From the IMG/VR virus record IMGVR_UViG_3300042868_013692: a DNA stretch of 64,000 bases, one strand, 5' to 3'. This DNA is from an uncultured virus (IMG/VR IMGVR_UViG_3300042868_013692). Taxonomy: Duplodnaviria > Heunggongvirae > Uroviricota > Caudoviricetes. A model generated the notes under the pieces. That model saw only the letters and a list, made by a program, of their open reading frames with translations, made no database searches and was not told the DNA's origin. Positions 40,286 to 49,823 of this stretch are shown here, piece by piece. The stretch's first letter is position 1. Each line of letters opens with the position of its first letter. Made by a program: the position numbers and the translations under genes.

Positions 40286-40644
40286 ACTGATAGAGTTCGC
40301 AACATTAATGCGATATTGTTTTAGTCAATAATAATAATAGCATATATATCAAGTTAATATCGGTAATCGCTGAAGCCCGCCTATAAAACAATTTCAAAAA
40401 ATTACTTTGTAATCATTGTATTACATTGACTATTTTGCCCAAAAGTGTGGTTTAATAGAGTTGTTATATAAAATAAACATGAATATGGTTTTATACAGCA
40501 GAACATTCAAAGCAAAAACACAAAAAAAAGAAACAAACATGAAAAGCACAACTACACACCATCAGTAAATCTCATCACCATTATTAAATTTTGCTAAACG
40601 CTACAAACATCAAAAAACACAAAGCACAAAAAAAGTAGAAAAAT

Positions 40645-43600
40645 ATGGGGAACTTTACTAGCATCGGCAAAAACTGCCCAATATGCAACGGAAGAAAAAA
40701 ACGCTGCTCCACTTTAAGCGATTCACTTTCGCAAGTAATCCAATATCACTGCAGAGAAAATATTGAGCTACCAAACTACAAAAATCTCGGTCTTTCATCC
40801 ATCGGCTTCTATATGTATAGTCCGATAGATATTGATGGCGAACAAAATCAATACAAAAACACAGAAGAATATATTCCAACAATCTCCCAAGAGGAACGCC
40901 AAAAAGCGCGAGAAGTAGCAGAAAAAGAAGCATTTCTTGCTGAGGAATATCATAAAAACAGAATTTCACAACAATTAAGCCCAAAACAGAGGCACATTGA
41001 GTACGCAAAAATGCTCAAATCAATGAGCATAAGTGACATACATAAAGGACACCTAAACGGAACAAGAGGTTTTTTACACGAACAAATAGAAATCAATGGA
41101 TACAGATCGGTTGGCAAATTTGAAGCCGTAGATCCATCTATATCCCCAAAAACTCCTGGTATTTTTGTAAACTACCTGGGAGAAACGGTAATAAATTATG
41201 GCGGGAGGGGGATTCTCCTTCCTGTACGCGACCTAGATCAAAACATCGTCGCATTTCAAATTCGCAATACCGAAACACAGAAAGACAAAAATAAAAGTGG
41301 CGAAGACTTCGGCAAGTACCTATGGTCGGGATACCCACAAACACTTAAAACAGGCGCTGAAAATAAGCGTCTGTTTTATCCAAGCATACATTTACCAGAG
41401 AATGGTGAAAAACCTCTTCATATCGCAAATCCGCACAACCTTAAAGATGTTGAAATGCTATATCTGGCAGAAGGTGTATTAAAGCCAGATATAGCAGCAT
41501 ACAGATTTGAGCAGGCCATTGTAGGTTCTCCTGGCGGATCGTGGTACTCCTCACCAGAACAACTTTTTGCAGCTATCAACTACTTTAACACAAGAAATGT
41601 TGTTTTGTATGCTGATGCAGGGGCGATTATAAATTCTAATGTGATCACGATCTACAATCGGGTCAGACAATTACTTGAGAATGAGGGGATTGACTTTAAA
41701 ATCGCATGGTGGGGTCAAATTGCGAAAACTGAAAGCAAATTTTTACAAAGTGGTCCACAATTTTCTGACATTGACGAGCTTGACGGATTCCATCCAGGAT
41801 TTGGTCACAGTAAGCCAGACTTTGAAAAAATCCAATATCTAACATGGGATCAATGGATAGATTTGGCGTATTCAGAAGAAATTATCGCCAAAAGACCCAA
41901 AAAAGATTTTAAAACTAATTTTGTAAAAGAATCAGAGGCAAGAGAAAGCCTACAGGAACTTATAGATGGCGTAAACGGAACAAAAAACAAGGCGAAATGG
42001 TGGGAAAATTACAAAAACCTCACCCAAAGAAAAAAACCAATCTTTGCTGCGGAAAAACCAGACAACATTGAATTGCCAGTATTTGATCAATCAATTATTG
42101 ACGATTTTGCATTCGGATCAGAATTTGAGGAAGACAGAAATTTTACCCCAAGGCAAGATGATGAGAGTGAATCATCTTGCCATGAAGAACAAAAAGGAAA
42201 AAATACGGCAGAAAACAATGCCGTAAACTTTGACATATCTGACAAGAAAAAATTCAATACCTGGAAGCGCAGAATTGAGTACACACCAACCCATGAGTTC
42301 AACGATCCATACGTAAGCATTGATCGCAAAATAGAGGCAAACAGCATCTACACAATTAATTCTGGATTAGGGACAGGGAAAACTTGGTGGGCTTTAGAAA
42401 TGCTCAAAGAAATGGATGCGCCATTCCTCTACGTCACCTTCAGAAATTCCCTTTGTGAGCAATTCATCGAACAGTGCAAAAAAAGAGGCATTGAATGCTC
42501 ACACGGGAACGAAAGCGGCTTCAAATACCAAAATGACACACAAGTTTTCCAGGGCATGGCATTCTGCATTGACTCTTTACACAAGGTTTCCCTACCAAAT
42601 CTTGACGGCAAAATCATAATCGTGGATGAGTCGTTCAGCACGATACAGGAGATGATGACCAAGAAAAGCCTAGAGAAAGGCAGAGTTAGGCTGCTTGAAT
42701 TTTTCAAGGAATCTCTTAAAAAATGTGCTGCCGCAATCTTCATGGATGGTCACTTAACAGACAGCCTTGCTGACTATGTACATCAACTCGCGCCAGAGAA
42801 AAAAATAATCAAATACAAAAATAACTTTCAAGGAAGAAAGTTTGATATCACTTTTGTTAATGGATCTTACGACGACATAGCCAGCGACTATTACACCCAA
42901 GAAGAAATAAACGCTGGCACGAGTGAAAACGGCGAGAAAATTAAAATAAAGGTGCGCGATCGCTCACCTGTTCTAAATGCAATCAACAACTCAATTGGTA
43001 ATATCTGTATTGCAACAGATAGCTTAAACCAATCAATGTCCCTAAACCAAAGGCTAAAAGACCAGGGAAGATTCGGGCTTGTTGTAAACAGCATCAGCTA
43101 CAGGGAAAACTGGCTTTTATGCGCTGCCGATCCAGAGTCATCGGTGCAAAACTTCATCAAAGATGTAGACGGGTTTATTGAAAAATACAAACTCGAATAC
43201 CTGATTTACACCCCAACAGCAGAGGCAGGGATAGACATCTCTATCCACAAACGCATACCTAACTACTTCACTCACCAATACTGCCTATTCTTTAACGTAA
43301 TTGGTACATTTGGACAATCGCAAATGATCGCTCGATTGCGTGACCCAGAATGCCCACGAACAGTTTGGCTGTACCCACACCCAATGGGTACAGACTACGA
43401 GTACACAGGATGCTCAACCAAAGAGTATAGAAACATATTCCTGACGCAACAAAAAGCATACTTAATTCAGATGCGAAAGGATGCTGAACTTCAAGGGACA
43501 CCAATCAACGAAGTACAAATGCTTGTTGAAGCTTCAAAAAAAGTTGTTGAAACAAGCACTTTTGAAGAGATTCACTCAACATTATGCTCCGATTTAATTT

Positions 43601-44826
43601 TAAAAATTAAATATGAGAAAAGTGAACCTCGCGGGTGCTTGTTAAACATTCTAAAAAGCTCTGGACATAAAATTTTAGAGGTAGCACTTTTAGAGTCCAA
43701 GCAAGCTACAGAACTCAATAAAGAGGCTTCTGATAATTTCAAAAAAGAAGAATCCGCAAATATAGCACAAGCAGAGGTGCTAGACTCCAAACAATATGAT
43801 CTGGAATCGGCAAAAATAAATATATCAAGCGCGACAAGATACAATCTTGAGAAAACTGGCATCAACTTCATAGTTCCAGGTATTACAGACAAATCTATAT
43901 GGGATGCAGATTTTGTCTATCACGTAAAATATGGCGACAGGGCATTTTTAAGAGGGCAAAATAGATTCTACCTCTTCAACAACCAAGATGCCTTGATGAA
44001 GTATGAATTGAATAGACATAAAAACAACGTTTCCTATGCAATATTTAGCAACAAATACGAAAGCGTGACATTTGATGTAAACAATCAATATACACAAATC
44101 AGGCTCTTACAGGAAAGCAACATCTCTTGGTTTTTAAATCCAGATAACAATTGGTATGTAAAAAATGAATGGTTTGATGATTTTAATGGCACAAAATTTA
44201 TTAATAAAAGCAATGACCCAGTAGCACAAAAAGTATTTGATTTCTTGATATTTTTCAACAAAAATTTAGAAATTTTTGGTAAGCAATTCCCAATCAAGAA
44301 AACAGCAAAATCAAAAAACCCCGCATCGGCAGCCACAAAACAAATCATAAAAATTATTCAATGGCTGGGGCTAAAAGTCAAATCCAAGAAATCAAGCGGA
44401 TTTAAATACTCGATTGATCTGCAATCTTTCAGCCCATATCACCAAGCTTGCCAAGATTGCCTCAAGGTCAAGTATAGCGATATCAAAGTACAAACAATAC
44501 CCGACACAATTATTGAGAAGGGAGCGACGGTGTTCAACCTAGAGGTTGAACCCGCAAAAGAGCCGGACAAAGACTACAAATACACTTATCCATACGAGGT
44601 ATTTAAGGCTTTAGAGGTGGTATGGCAAGATCAATACAGCATTTACGCCATACTCCAACAATCAATGCCAGCGGTAGTTTCTGCACTAGTTTCCATACCC
44701 AACAGCTTCTACGGCACGACATCAGCGAACTATCTGAAAGATATCATTACCTGGGGTAACAAAAATCTAGCGAAGCCTGACGAGAAAGTGACGATAATAG
44801 AGAACGAAAAAGTCCCAATTGCTTAA
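40645..44826 (+). CDS. large replicase: Zn finger, Toprim-like primase and SF2 origin-binding helicase (CyRepA1-like)
   Basis: CPICNG; LAEGVLKP...YADAG...IAWWGQ...DIDE; SGLGTGKT; IIVDE; YTPTAEAGIDI; QMIARLR. Confidence 0.8.
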   Translation: MGNFTSIGKNCPICNGRKKRCSTLSDSLSQVIQYHCRENIELPNYKNLGLSSIGFYMYSPIDIDGEQNQYKNTEEYIPTISQEERQKAREVAEKEAFLAEEYHKNRISQQLSPKQRHIEYAKMLKSMSISDIHKGHLNGTRGFLHEQIEINGYRSVGKFEAVDPSISPKTPGIFVNYLGETVINYGGRGILLPVRDLDQNIVAFQIRNTETQKDKNKSGEDFGKYLWSGYPQTLKTGAENKRLFYPSIHLPENGEKPLHIANPHNLKDVEMLYLAEGVLKPDIAAYRFEQAIVGSPGGSWYSSPEQLFAAINYFNTRNVVLYADAGAIINSNVITIYNRVRQLLENEGIDFKIAWWGQIAKTESKFLQSGPQFSDIDELDGFHPGFGHSKPDFEKIQYLTWDQWIDLAYSEEIIAKRPKKDFKTNFVKESEARESLQELIDGVNGTKNKAKWWENYKNLTQRKKPIFAAEKPDNIELPVFDQSIIDDFAFGSEFEEDRNFTPRQDDESESSCHEEQKGKNTAENNAVNFDISDKKKFNTWKRRIEYTPTHEFNDPYVSIDRKIEANSIYTINSGLGTGKTWWALEMLKEMDAPFLYVTFRNSLCEQFIEQCKKRGIECSHGNESGFKYQNDTQVFQGMAFCIDSLHKVSLPNLDGKIIIVDESFSTIQEMMTKKSLEKGRVRLLEFFKESLKKCAAAIFMDGHLTDSLADYVHQLAPEKKIIKYKNNFQGRKFDITFVNGSYDDIASDYYTQEEINAGTSENGEKIKIKVRDRSPVLNAINNSIGNICIATDSLNQSMSLNQRLKDQGRFGLVVNSISYRENWLLCAADPESSVQNFIKDVDGFIEKYKLEYLIYTPTAEAGIDISIHKRIPNYFTHQYCLFFNVIGTFGQSQMIARLRDPECPRTVWLYPHPMGTDYEYTGCSTKEYRNIFLTQQKAYLIQMRKDAELQGTPINEVQMLVEASKKVVETSTFEEIHSTLCSDLILKIKYEKSEPRGCLLNILKSSGHKILEVALLESKQATELNKEASDNFKKEESANIAQAEVLDSKQYDLESAKINISSATRYNLEKTGINFIVPGITDKSIWDADFVYHVKYGDRAFLRGQNRFYLFNNQDALMKYELNRHKNNVSYAIFSNKYESVTFDVNNQYTQIRLLQESNISWFLNPDNNWYVKNEWFDDFNGTKFINKSNDPVAQKVFDFLIFFNKNLEIFGKQFPIKKTAKSKNPASAATKQIIKIIQWLGLKVKSKKSSGFKYSIDLQSFSPYHQACQDCLKVKYSDIKVQTIPDTIIEKGATVFNLEVEPAKEPDKDYKYTYPYEVFKALEVVWQDQYSIYAILQQSMPAVVSALVSIPNSFYGTTSANYLKDIITWGNKNLAKPDEKVTIIENEKVPIA

Positions 44827-44860
44827 GCGGTTGATATTGATCAACCGCTGGCAAAACTAA

Positions 44861-44899
44861 CCAAAATAGACACAGATTTAACGTCTGTGTCTATTTTGG
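44861..44899. terminator. terminator-like inverted repeat after the replicase
   Basis: CCAAAATAGACACAGA-TTTAACG-TCTGTGTCTATTTTGG. Confidence 0.7.
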
Positions 44900-45017
44900 T
44901 GGGAATTTTTGGCAGAATTATAGCAAAAACCTCGATTTTTTCATTTTGTGTGCTTGTTTAGGCACAAGCAAAAGCAATGTAATACATTTGTAGTTTTAGA
45001 CTAGTCGCACATAAGAG

Positions 45018-45150
45018 GCTGAAACCCCTATTCTCTCGTTAAAAAATCTGTGGCGGATTATAACATAAGGCGTGTCAAAAGTAAAGGGAAGATGCAAAGA
45101 AAAAAGGGCAGTTTCCTATAAGAAAGTGATCATCTTCCCAACTTTATTTT
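45018..45150 (-). repeat. dispersed element copy 5: leader core only, inverted, no units
   Basis: Reverse complement matches the leader from AAAATAAAGTTGGGAAGATG through TATAATCCGCCACAG to GAGAGAAT. Confidence 0.92.
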
Positions 45151-45368
45151 ATTTTTTTGATAAATAGCTGTCGCCAATCATGTAGTACAAAACCATCGTT
45201 CCGTGAAGCTATCGCCCCAGTTTTGGGGTGTGTGAGGCGATCGCCCCCAAGTTGGGTAAACTATAAAGCCGTCAAATTATGCGCCAACGACGAGCGAACA
45301 CCCCGACACAACTTTTTGACAATATGTAAAACAATGCTATACTGTTAGAGACAAAAGAAAATAGTATT

Positions 45369-45734
45369 ATGCAGAAAATTAAGACAATACCGTTATCAGA
45401 AATCAGGAATAGTCTGCCTAAATTCAGAAGACAGGTTCAACTTGGCAACATTATCATCTTGCCTACTTTCTACGGGGATGTTGTGGGAGTATTTGTAAAT
45501 TTGTCGTCCGCCGAAAATCTATCTATTAAGACTTCGACACAATTGTCAATAGGCGAGTTTCGGACTAATATTACCCAGTGCTGGGAAAGGCTGCAAGCTG
45601 AACTTGATTGCTTCTACCTAACAAGCCATTTGCGAATGGTGATGGCCTTTGTCTCGCCAAAGTACATCTCAGATTTAAGAATAGATTTGCCAATAAATAT
45701 ACTGGATTGTGGCGACACAGTAACTCAGCCCTAA
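45369..45734 (+). CDS. tandem Phd/YefM-like antitoxin-fold protein
   Basis: Two repeats: IPLSEIRNSLPKFRRQV..TFYGDVVGVFV and LSIGEFRTNITQCWERL..LTSHLRMVMAFV. Confidence 0.6.
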   Translation: MQKIKTIPLSEIRNSLPKFRRQVQLGNIIILPTFYGDVVGVFVNLSSAENLSIKTSTQLSIGEFRTNITQCWERLQAELDCFYLTSHLRMVMAFVSPKYISDLRIDLPINILDCGDTVTQP

Positions 45735-45750
45735 AAGGACTGAGTTACTG

Positions 45751-45806
45751 TGTCGCTTCCCTCTCAACACTAAAGTGTTTGAATTTCCCACTTACCGCGA
45801 GGTCTT
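45751..45806 (+). mobile_element. IS200/IS605-like end remnant forming a gene leader (copy A)
   Basis: 46/56 identical to 50381-50436; CAC-TAAA-GTG hairpin; runs into ATG. Confidence 0.55.
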
Positions 45807-46490
45807 ATGACAACATTTTTCAAATTTGACGAGAATCAAACATATTATTCGCCAGAAATTCCCGAAGATATCACAGCAGCGATCGCCTATAACCGCAACT
45901 TAAATTATGGTGAAGCATTTGCTTATTTGTATCGCAGGTTTGGGGATTCTCCAGAGAAAAGAGATAAATATAAAGATTTGGCTGTTTATTGTTTATCAAC
46001 ACCATTAGAATCGGTAGCATTAGCGGTGTTCCCACATCATGAAAGCTATCCGTTTAAGTGCTGGGTTGATAGCGAAACTAGAAAAAAACTCTATCAAGAG
46101 AGCGAAGTAATTGGATATGAGTTTGAGGAAAGATTCAATGCTTGGTGCAAAGAAAACAATAAAATAGTTTTTCCTAAATATGGCTGGAAGAACACACCTG
46201 AAGAATTAGAATATCTAAAATCTTGGCTAATATCAAACAATTTAGAAATTTATGTGGATGCAGACATTAAGCTACCAAAAGAACTGGCTGACAAGTTTTT
46301 GAATGAATGTCAAGTAGAGTTTGTGGCTTTCAGGACTTGGTATTTTGATAATGTTGAAAATGTCAATAATTTAGCTGGCGATTTTCACAAGCAAGTGCAA
46401 GCAGCTTTGATGGTAACGATCAAGGATTTACTACCCCCAGTAAATATTAGGGACTGGGAAATAAATATACTTGGCAAAATTGGTTCTTGA
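45807..46490 (+). CDS. hypothetical protein
   Basis: 227-aa ORF. Confidence 0.8.
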   Translation: MTTFFKFDENQTYYSPEIPEDITAAIAYNRNLNYGEAFAYLYRRFGDSPEKRDKYKDLAVYCLSTPLESVALAVFPHHESYPFKCWVDSETRKKLYQESEVIGYEFEERFNAWCKENNKIVFPKYGWKNTPEELEYLKSWLISNNLEIYVDADIKLPKELADKFLNECQVEFVAFRTWYFDNVENVNNLAGDFHKQVQAALMVTIKDLLPPVNIRDWEINILGKIGS

Positions 46491-46622
46491 TGAAGATTTG
46501 GGCGTTAAACCTATTACAGATATGTAGAGAAATATGAGCGCAGTTGATGAAATAAAAGCTTGACTTTATTATCAACTTTGAGTTAATATTGTGAAAGACA
46601 GAAAACACAAAAAACACAAAAA

Positions 46623-47336
46623 ATGACAACAACAAATCAAGACAAATCCAAAATCATAGCAAGAATAAAAAGGTTATTAAAGCTTTCACAATCACCAAAT
46701 GAAAATGAGGCTCTTCACGCAGCTTTAAAAGCCCAAGAACTTTTAGTTTTTCATAACATATCGTTTTCTGATATTGACAACGAAGATAATAATGTAATTG
46801 AACATAAAGTTGAGACATTTGGGAATATCCCAATGTGGAAGAAAGCACTGCTGTTTGCGATCGCGTCATCAAATTTTTGTGTACCAATCGTTAAACCTTT
46901 GGGTGAAAAAAGAAAGTGTGTTTTTTTTGTTGGTAAACCAGCAAACTCTATTGTTGCCGAAATATTGTATTCCTATCTAAGAAATGAAATAGAGAGGCTT
47001 GCTAGACTTTCGGTAGACAAATCTCATACATACAAAACAAATTTCATGCTTGGGTGTGCAGTTAGAATATCTCAACGATTACAAGAAGAATTAAAACAAC
47101 AAGAAGAAAACGGTATACACTCTGGACCCGACTGTAGTGTCTCTGCAATTGTAGTATCTTCGTTGCACAAAAAAAATACTGCTGAGATTGAGGTTTATTT
47201 AGAAAGTAAAAAAGTAAAAAAAGGCAGGAAAAACAAACCACAAATAAAAGATACTGCTTCCGCGATCGCATACAGGGACGGTTTTGATGCTGGGGATAAA
47301 ATAAATTTAAATAAGCAGATAAAAGGGGCGGAATAA
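46623..47336 (+). CDS. DUF2786-domain protein
   Basis: KIIARIKRLLKLSQSPNENEA..AALKAQELL; C-terminal AYRDGFDAG. Confidence 0.85.
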   Translation: MTTTNQDKSKIIARIKRLLKLSQSPNENEALHAALKAQELLVFHNISFSDIDNEDNNVIEHKVETFGNIPMWKKALLFAIASSNFCVPIVKPLGEKRKCVFFVGKPANSIVAEILYSYLRNEIERLARLSVDKSHTYKTNFMLGCAVRISQRLQEELKQQEENGIHSGPDCSVSAIVVSSLHKKNTAEIEVYLESKKVKKGRKNKPQIKDTASAIAYRDGFDAGDKINLNKQIKGAE

Positions 47337-47758
47337 TGATGGAGAAAATATACAAGAATTGGCTAAAGCCAGAGAATTTTTTAATTGCCTCCTCGCTGCA
47401 AGATAGTCTTAGTTTTCTGTATCTTGGTGATTTTCAAGAATTGGGATTTGGTGATGAATTTGATGATGAAACTTTGCTAGTAGAAAACTCAGACGTAAAG
47501 ATAAGTCCAGATGTTGATAATCGGTGTATTTCAGTCTGTACAGAGTCTGATTTATTTGTCTACAACATAGATTTTGACAAATATTACTATGACAATGATG
47601 ACGAGGACAGCATTACTAGCGATGAAGCGGACGTTTTAGTAGAAGAGGAACTTGATGATATTTGCGATGCGGTAATAAATATTATAACAAGAATTATTAA
47701 TGAGCATCACAAAAATAATCCGGCAAAATTTGTGCAGATGTGCCTAGCTGTTATATAA
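47336..47758 (+). CDS. highly acidic hypothetical protein
   Basis: 140 aa, Asp/Glu-rich. Confidence 0.75.
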   Translation: MMEKIYKNWLKPENFLIASSLQDSLSFLYLGDFQELGFGDEFDDETLLVENSDVKISPDVDNRCISVCTESDLFVYNIDFDKYYYDNDDEDSITSDEADVLVEEELDDICDAVINIITRIINEHHKNNPAKFVQMCLAVI

Positions 47759-47829
47759 TAGTGTTGTTAACACTTATTTCTTTAGGTGGCACACCCATCG
47801 TGCCACCTATTTTTAATTAACCTTGTGAT

Positions 47830-48753
47830 ATGAACAATCGAAAAGTTGACAATTCCAAAATAAAGGTTTTAAATCTTTTTCAATATCAAAGACGCTCAAA
47901 AAGCCCACTAAGATATCCTGGTGGAAAGCAGAGGGTTATAAAGTACCTAAAAGAGTGTTTCCCCAAGGAGTATAAAGAATATCGTGAGCCGTTTTTAGGT
48001 GGTGGTTCTGTATTTCTTGAGGTGAAATCGCAGCAAAAATGTGACAAATTTTGGGTAAACGATTTAAACCAAGAGGTTTATTTTTTTTGGCAACAGGTTC
48101 AATCAAATCTCCCTGCACTTGTTGATCTGGTTGCCAGAATTAAAAAAGATTCACATAATAGAGAGGGGCGATCGCTTTGGATAGATTTGGTGTATTCTAA
48201 TCCCCAAAAAAGCGGATTCATTGATATCGAGAAATTGACACCACTGGAACGCGCTGCTAGATTTTTTGTTCTAAGTAGGACTACTTTTAGTGGAACAATA
48301 GAGTGTGGCGGATATTCTCAATATGCATTTGACAAAAGATTCACGGACTCGTCCGTCGAGCGATTAGCGCAGATGTCTGGGACTTTTAATGAAGCGCAGA
48401 TTACCTGTGTTGATTATAGCGAAATGCTTTTAGATGGTGGCAGCGATGTGTTTACATTTTTAGATCCGCCATACCACAAAAACAGAAATAGCCGTCTTTA
48501 CGGGCGTAAGGGCGGATTACTACATTTGTTATTTGACCACGCCTTGCTGGCGGAGAATTTGAAAAAATGTCAACATCAGTGGCTTCTTACTTGTGATGAT
48601 TGCAAAACTATTAGAGACTTATTTAGTTTTGCGAATATAAAAGAATTTGAGATCCGCTACTCAATTAATAATGTGGACAAGCAATTTATAACCCCAAACA
48701 GAGAGCTTTTAATTTCAAACTACGATTTCACTTGTATGTATTTAATGTCATAA
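47830..48753 (+). CDS. DNA adenine methyltransferase (Dam/D12 class)
   Basis: SPLRYPGGK, YREPFLGGGSV, NDLN, FLDPPY, ELLISNY. Confidence 0.93.
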   Translation: MNNRKVDNSKIKVLNLFQYQRRSKSPLRYPGGKQRVIKYLKECFPKEYKEYREPFLGGGSVFLEVKSQQKCDKFWVNDLNQEVYFFWQQVQSNLPALVDLVARIKKDSHNREGRSLWIDLVYSNPQKSGFIDIEKLTPLERAARFFVLSRTTFSGTIECGGYSQYAFDKRFTDSSVERLAQMSGTFNEAQITCVDYSEMLLDGGSDVFTFLDPPYHKNRNSRLYGRKGGLLHLLFDHALLAENLKKCQHQWLLTCDDCKTIRDLFSFANIKEFEIRYSINNVDKQFITPNRELLISNYDFTCMYLMS

Positions 48754-48791
48754 AAAACAGCGATCGCGTAGCACTGTGCGATCGCTGTTTT
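48754..48791. terminator. bidirectional terminator built from two HIP1 sites
   Basis: AAAACAGCGATCGCG...TGCGATCGCTGTTTT. Confidence 0.75.
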
Positions 48792-48828
48792 GTTTACAGG
48801 TCAAAATTTTAAAAATAGATCGGTAATA

Positions 48829-48939
48829 TAAGTCCTAGCTAGTCTCACCTTGTGACGAGGGGCGATTATCGAGTGGGTTTCCGATTTCGTGTTTGCGTTC
48901 CATCCTCCCTTGGGGATTGAACCCAACCTCTAGAACTTA
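48829..48939 (-). ncRNA. circularly permuted tRNA-like RNA (T arm 5' of D arm; YrlA-like topology)
   Basis: Ends pair TAAGTTCTAG/CTAGGACTTA; TTGGG-TTCAATC-CCCAA; GGGAGGAT/ATCGCCCC; TC-GTC-ACAAGGTGA-GAC; own promoter and downstream terminator. Confidence 0.7.
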
Positions 48940-48945
48940 ATATCT

Positions 48946-48974
48946 ATAATACTGCGGCACACTATATTTGTCAA
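48946..48974 (-). promoter_or_regulatory. promoter of the permuted tRNA-like RNA
   Basis: TTGACA-AATATAGTGTGCCGCAG-TATTAT. Confidence 0.8.
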
Positions 48975-49003
48975 TTATTAAATTATTTTTATTAAATAAT
49001 CGC

Positions 49004-49032
49004 TTGACTTTTTTTGTTAACCATAGTATTAT
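49004..49032 (+). promoter_or_regulatory. conserved phage promoter
   Basis: TTGACT-TTTTTTGTTAACCATAG-TATTAT. Confidence 0.8.
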
Positions 49033-49070
49033 AGACATATAAACAAAAACACAAAAAACACAAAAATACA

Positions 49071-49547
49071 ATGACCACTACAACAACAGTAAAAACCAAA
49101 AAAGCGGTAGTAAGAATTGGCGGAGCGATTGAAAAGACATTTAATGAAGCGTACGAAGCGGCTTGGTTTGCGAGATTTTTGATTACAAACGGCACGAAAA
49201 GAGAAAACATAAAAGTTAGTTGGGAATACGCAACAACGCCCCAAAAGGCAATAACAAATGGGCTAAACGTTACCCAAGACGTTGATGGCAGAGAAATATA
49301 TAAAACCCTGCTCAGAGCGTTCGCTGATTATTACGTCCAAATTGATTTGACAGACCTAGATCACAAAAATATTTGGTATAAAGAGTACGACTTGAAAACC
49401 AACGAGCGCATCGGCTTTGAAAGCCTCAGAACTGCAACAGAGCTAAATCCAGGCGAAGGTAGACCAACTAATTCACACAGAGCGATAATGTCTCAGGCAA
49501 AATGGGATATATACGAATCAGTGGGCAAAATGCTGGCGAATATCTAA
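49071..49547 (+). CDS. hypothetical protein
   Basis: 158 aa, behind a conserved promoter and A/C-rich leader. Confidence 0.8.
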   Translation: MTTTTTVKTKKAVVRIGGAIEKTFNEAYEAAWFARFLITNGTKRENIKVSWEYATTPQKAITNGLNVTQDVDGREIYKTLLRAFADYYVQIDLTDLDHKNIWYKEYDLKTNERIGFESLRTATELNPGEGRPTNSHRAIMSQAKWDIYESVGKMLANI

Positions 49548-49823
49548 ATATCAATTAGCAGGGAATACAAATAAAAATTTTCCCTACCAATAAAAACAAT
49601 CTATGAAATATTTACACGACAACGCTGAAGACCTGTTCTCTATAGCGATCGCCGCAATCAATGGGCAGATAGACGAATCCTTTATTCCGCTGTTTATTCG
49701 CATTACAATTTCGTTGTTTTAGATAAGGGAAAACCAAAATATTAACTTAATATTGCTTGACAAAATATCAATATTGAGTTAATATAGTTATATAAACAAA
49801 AAAACGCAAAAACAAAAAAACGT

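Noticed and set aside
48829..48939. Two-piece tmRNA or attachment-site tRNA 3' fragment
   Set aside because: No GGGG/CTCCACCA alanine acceptor, no tag ORF and no nearby integrase; a D-arm-like element follows the T arm and the unit has its own promoter
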